From an uncultured Thermomicrobiales bacterium (lineage in GTDB: Bacteria; Chloroflexota; Chloroflexia; Thermomicrobiales; UBA6265): a DNA stretch of 54,035 nucleotides. The notes under the pieces were generated by a model. That model searched no databases, had not been told where the DNA came from, and saw only the letters and a list, made by a program, of their open reading frames with translations. A program made the position numbers and the translations under genes. Position 1 is the first letter of the stretch. Each line of letters starts with the position of its first letter. Positions 51,404 to 54,035 of this stretch are shown here, in pieces. Location of the stretch: positions 1 to 54,035 of the forward strand of contig CADCWG010000290.1 in NCBI GenBank assembly GCA_902806335.1, written 5' to 3'.

Positions 51404-52051
51404 TTGGACCTGGACCTCGACACCGACGACGTCGGCGGGCGTGACACGAGCCGCCTGGAAGCGCTCAGCGACGGCGTGATCGCGATCGCGATCACGCTCC
51501 TGATCATCGAGATCCGGCCGCCCCACCTCGACGCCGGTCATGACGGGCCGATCGACCTCGTCCGCGCGCTGCGCGGCCTGTGGCCGAACTACCTCGGGTA
51601 CCTGATCAGCTTCCTGACGATCGGCGTGATGTGGATCAACCACCACAATGTCTTCCGCCTGATCGTGCGCACCGACCAGACGCTGGTTGTCCTCAACACC
51701 CTGCTGTTGCTCTGCATCGCCTTCCTCCCCTTCCCGACGGCCGTCGTCGCCGAGTCGATCGGGAGCGACCCCGAACGGGCGGCCGTGGTCTTCTACGGGG
51801 CGTGCTTCACGGTCACCGCCGTGTTCTTCTCCTTGCTCTGGTGGTACCCGACCCGCGACCGGCGGCTGGTCGACCGGCGGGTCGACCCGCGGACGCTCGC
51901 CTCGATCAGTCGCCGCTTCCTGGTCGGCGCACCGATCTACCTGCTGGCAACCCTGATCGGGCTCCTGAGTGCCGGGCTGAGCCTGGCCATCTTCCTGCTG
52001 CTGGCCGTCTACTACATCCTTCCCGGCACCTCGACGGCGAGACGCTCGTAG
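51404..52051 (+). CDS. TMEM175/DUF1211 family potassium-channel-like membrane protein (TTG start at 51404 after an 'aaggag' SD; alternative ATG at 51344)
   Basis: 'RLEALSDGVIAIAITLLIIE' matches the TMEM175 'RxxxFSDGVFAIAITLL' signature. Six TM helices. Confidence 0.7.
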   Translation: MDLDLDTDDVGGRDTSRLEALSDGVIAIAITLLIIEIRPPHLDAGHDGPIDLVRALRGLWPNYLGYLISFLTIGVMWINHHNVFRLIVRTDQTLVVLNTLLLLCIAFLPFPTAVVAESIGSDPERAAVVFYGACFTVTAVFFSLLWWYPTRDRRLVDRRVDPRTLASISRRFLVGAPIYLLATLIGLLSAGLSLAIFLLLAVYYILPGTSTARRS

Positions 52052-52115
52052 GCACCGACCCGCGGATCTGCCTGGACGTCGGGGTCGGACCGGGACGCGG
52101 GAGCGGGAGGCGGAC

Positions 52116-53864
52116 ATGGCCGAACAGGGGCAGATCGACAACCGCGGGGCCGCCGGCGCCTTCCGGCGCCTCGCGGACCTCCTCGAGATCCGGGGCGAGT
52201 CGCTCTACCGGGTGGCCGCCTACCGCCGCGCCGCGGAGAGCTTCGACCGCCTCGCCGAGCCGATCACCGCTGTCCGCGCCCGAGGGGAGCTGGAGGACAT
52301 CCCCGGGGTCGGAACCGCCATCGCCCGCAAGGTCGAGGACCTGCTCGACTCCGGCTCCTTTGACCTCCTGCGCGAGGTGGAAGCGGAGATCCCGCCAGGC
52401 GTCGCGGCGCTGCTCTCGGTCCCCGACATCGGGCCGAAGCGCGCCCGCCTCCTCTACCGCGAGCTCGGGGTCGAGAGCCTCGAAGACCTGCGCGAGGCCC
52501 TCGACCAGGGTCGGCTGGACCCGATCCCCGGACTGGGCGCGGGCGCCGCCCGCCGCATCGCCGAGGGGCTGAACTCGCTCCAGGCCACCGACGAGCGCCT
52601 GCCGCTCGGGGTGGCCCACGCCCGTGGCCTGGCCCTGATCGCGAGGCTCCGCGAGCGGGCACCCGGGATTCGCCGGATCGAGCTCGCCGGCAGCGTCCGT
52701 CGCCACCGCGAGACCGTCGGCGACCTCGACATCGCGGCGGCCGCCGACGACCCCGCGGCCGTCGTCGAGGCGTTCGCGACGCTGCCCGAGGTCGCCAACA
52801 TCGAGCTGCGGGGCCCCAATCGCTGCCGGCTCGTCCTCGTCGACGGGTTCCCGGCGGACCTCTGGGTGCTACCGGAGCGCCACTGGGGGTCGCTCCTCTT
52901 CCACCTCACGGGCGACAAGCACCACGACATCCGGGTCCGGGAGATGGCGGTGGCGCGCGGGGGCCGCCTCAGCGAGTACGGGTTCTCGGCGGGCGGTGAC
53001 CTGACACCCTTCGCCGAGGAGGAGGACGTCTACGCCTTCTTCGGCCTGCAGCCGATCCCGCCGCCCATGCGCGAGGACCCGGCGGCGCTCGACCTGGCCG
53101 GGCGGGGGGCGCTGCCCGAGGTGCTCGAAGTCGAGCACCTCCGGGCCGACCTCCACCTCCACACCGACTGGAGCGACGGCAAGGGCACCGTCCGCGAGAT
53201 GGCGCTCGCCGCCCGCGCCCGGGGATACAGCTACATCGCCGTCACCGACCACTCCCGCGGCCTCGCCGTCGCCAACGGCCTCGGCCCCGAGCGGCTCCGC
53301 GAGCAGCGGGCGGAGATCGACGCCGTTAACGCCGAACTGGCCCCGTTCCGCGTCCTGCAAGGGATCGAACTCGAGGTCCGGGGCGACGGCCGGCTCGACC
53401 TCGACGACGACACCCTCGCCGCGCTCGACCTGGTCGTCGCGGCGGTCCACAGCGGCCTTCGCCAGGGACGCGAGCGCGTCACGGAGCGTGCCCTCGCGGC
53501 GATCCGGCACCCGCTCGTCGACGTCCTCGCTCACCCCACCGGCCGCATCGTCGGTGGTCGCGCCGGCGGGGACTTCGACCTCGTCGCCCTCTACGCCGAG
53601 GCGGCACGGACCGGAACCGCCCTCGAGATCGACGCCGACCCCGCCCGCCTCGACCTGCGCGACGTCCACGCGCGGGCCGCGGTCGCCGCCGGCTGCACGC
53701 TCACCGTCGACAGCGACGCCCATGTGCCGGGCGGCCTAGCGAACGCCTCGTTCGGCGTCGGGGTCGCCCAGCGGGCGTGGGTGCCACCCGACCGGGTGCT
53801 CAACACCCTGCCGCTCGACGCGCTCCTCGGCCGCCTCAAGCGCAACCGCTCCTTGCCCTCCTGA
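52116..53864 (+). CDS. DNA polymerase X family protein with C-terminal PHP phosphoesterase domain
   Basis: N-terminal HhH/PolX 'lyase' region ('FRRLADLLEIRGESLYRVAAYRRAAES...IPGVGTAIARKV'), the nucleotidyltransferase 'GSVRRHRETVGDLDI', and PHP 'DLHLHTDWSDG...IAVTDHS'. Confidence 0.88.
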   Translation: MAEQGQIDNRGAAGAFRRLADLLEIRGESLYRVAAYRRAAESFDRLAEPITAVRARGELEDIPGVGTAIARKVEDLLDSGSFDLLREVEAEIPPGVAALLSVPDIGPKRARLLYRELGVESLEDLREALDQGRLDPIPGLGAGAARRIAEGLNSLQATDERLPLGVAHARGLALIARLRERAPGIRRIELAGSVRRHRETVGDLDIAAAADDPAAVVEAFATLPEVANIELRGPNRCRLVLVDGFPADLWVLPERHWGSLLFHLTGDKHHDIRVREMAVARGGRLSEYGFSAGGDLTPFAEEEDVYAFFGLQPIPPPMREDPAALDLAGRGALPEVLEVEHLRADLHLHTDWSDGKGTVREMALAARARGYSYIAVTDHSRGLAVANGLGPERLREQRAEIDAVNAELAPFRVLQGIELEVRGDGRLDLDDDTLAALDLVVAAVHSGLRQGRERVTERALAAIRHPLVDVLAHPTGRIVGGRAGGDFDLVALYAEAARTGTALEIDADPARLDLRDVHARAAVAAGCTLTVDSDAHVPGGLANASFGVGVAQRAWVPPDRVLNTLPLDALLGRLKRNRSLPS

Positions 53865-54035
53865 CGGCCCGCGGGTCGGTCACGGCCAACCCCTCGCTCC
53901 TCGACGTTGCTCCGTTCCCTGGCGTGGCCGGGCTCCAGCCCCGCGCCACCGGCGTCCACCGGCGTCCGGAGGCCAGCGGCCAGGAAGTTCGGTCTCAACG
54001 GCCGCCCGGCCCGGGCGACGGTGACCTGGCCGGGC

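Overview
This is a high-GC (~70%+) window, apparently from an actinobacterial-type chromosome. GTG and TTG starts are frequent, one protein carries an LPXTG sorting signal, and SD-like sequences are G-rich. It is mostly core genome, gene-dense on both strands, with no transposases, integrases, CRISPR arrays or tRNAs recognisable.

Genes in order:
- a partial GT4 glycosyltransferase at the 5' edge
- a four-gene PspA-centred membrane-stress module: zinc-ribbon membrane protein, unknown protein, PspA, SPFH/Band-7 protein with a C-terminal double zinc ribbon
- myo-inositol-1-phosphate synthase, preceded in frame by an XRE-like HTH segment
- an orphan gyrA (no gyrB) behind a ~780-bp leader
- polytopic membrane protein, PHP histidinol-phosphatase, MscS, NadD
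- a secretome/surface island: signal-peptide proteins, an LPXTG-anchored thrombospondin-type-3-repeat protein, and a LuxR-family NB-ARC/TPR regulator
- secD, secF and a membrane H+-pyrophosphatase
- FAD oxidoreductase, MBL-fold hydrolase, an orphan pyrB, an MFS transporter, DUF951, a class-V aminotransferase, a cupin and an APH-like kinase
- ybaB, recN, a DDAH/amidinotransferase-fold enzyme, a lone xanthine-dehydrogenase-family molybdopterin subunit and a small DUF4242-like protein
- a PSP1/YaaT(RicT)-like gene, holB and a membrane-anchored NERD-domain gene in apparent operon
- DUF2085, PAP2 phosphatase, glycerophosphodiester phosphodiesterase, a TMEM175-like channel and PolX

Many long ORFs antisense to these genes are GC-driven artefacts.

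Most worth following up:
- the PspA/SPFH/zinc-ribbon module with an internal attenuator hairpin
- the in-frame HTH–Ino1 arrangement
- the regulator-linked surface-protein island with repeated GTGAYGTC sites
- the NERD–holB–PSP1 operon
- the partner-less molybdopterin oxidoreductase subunit
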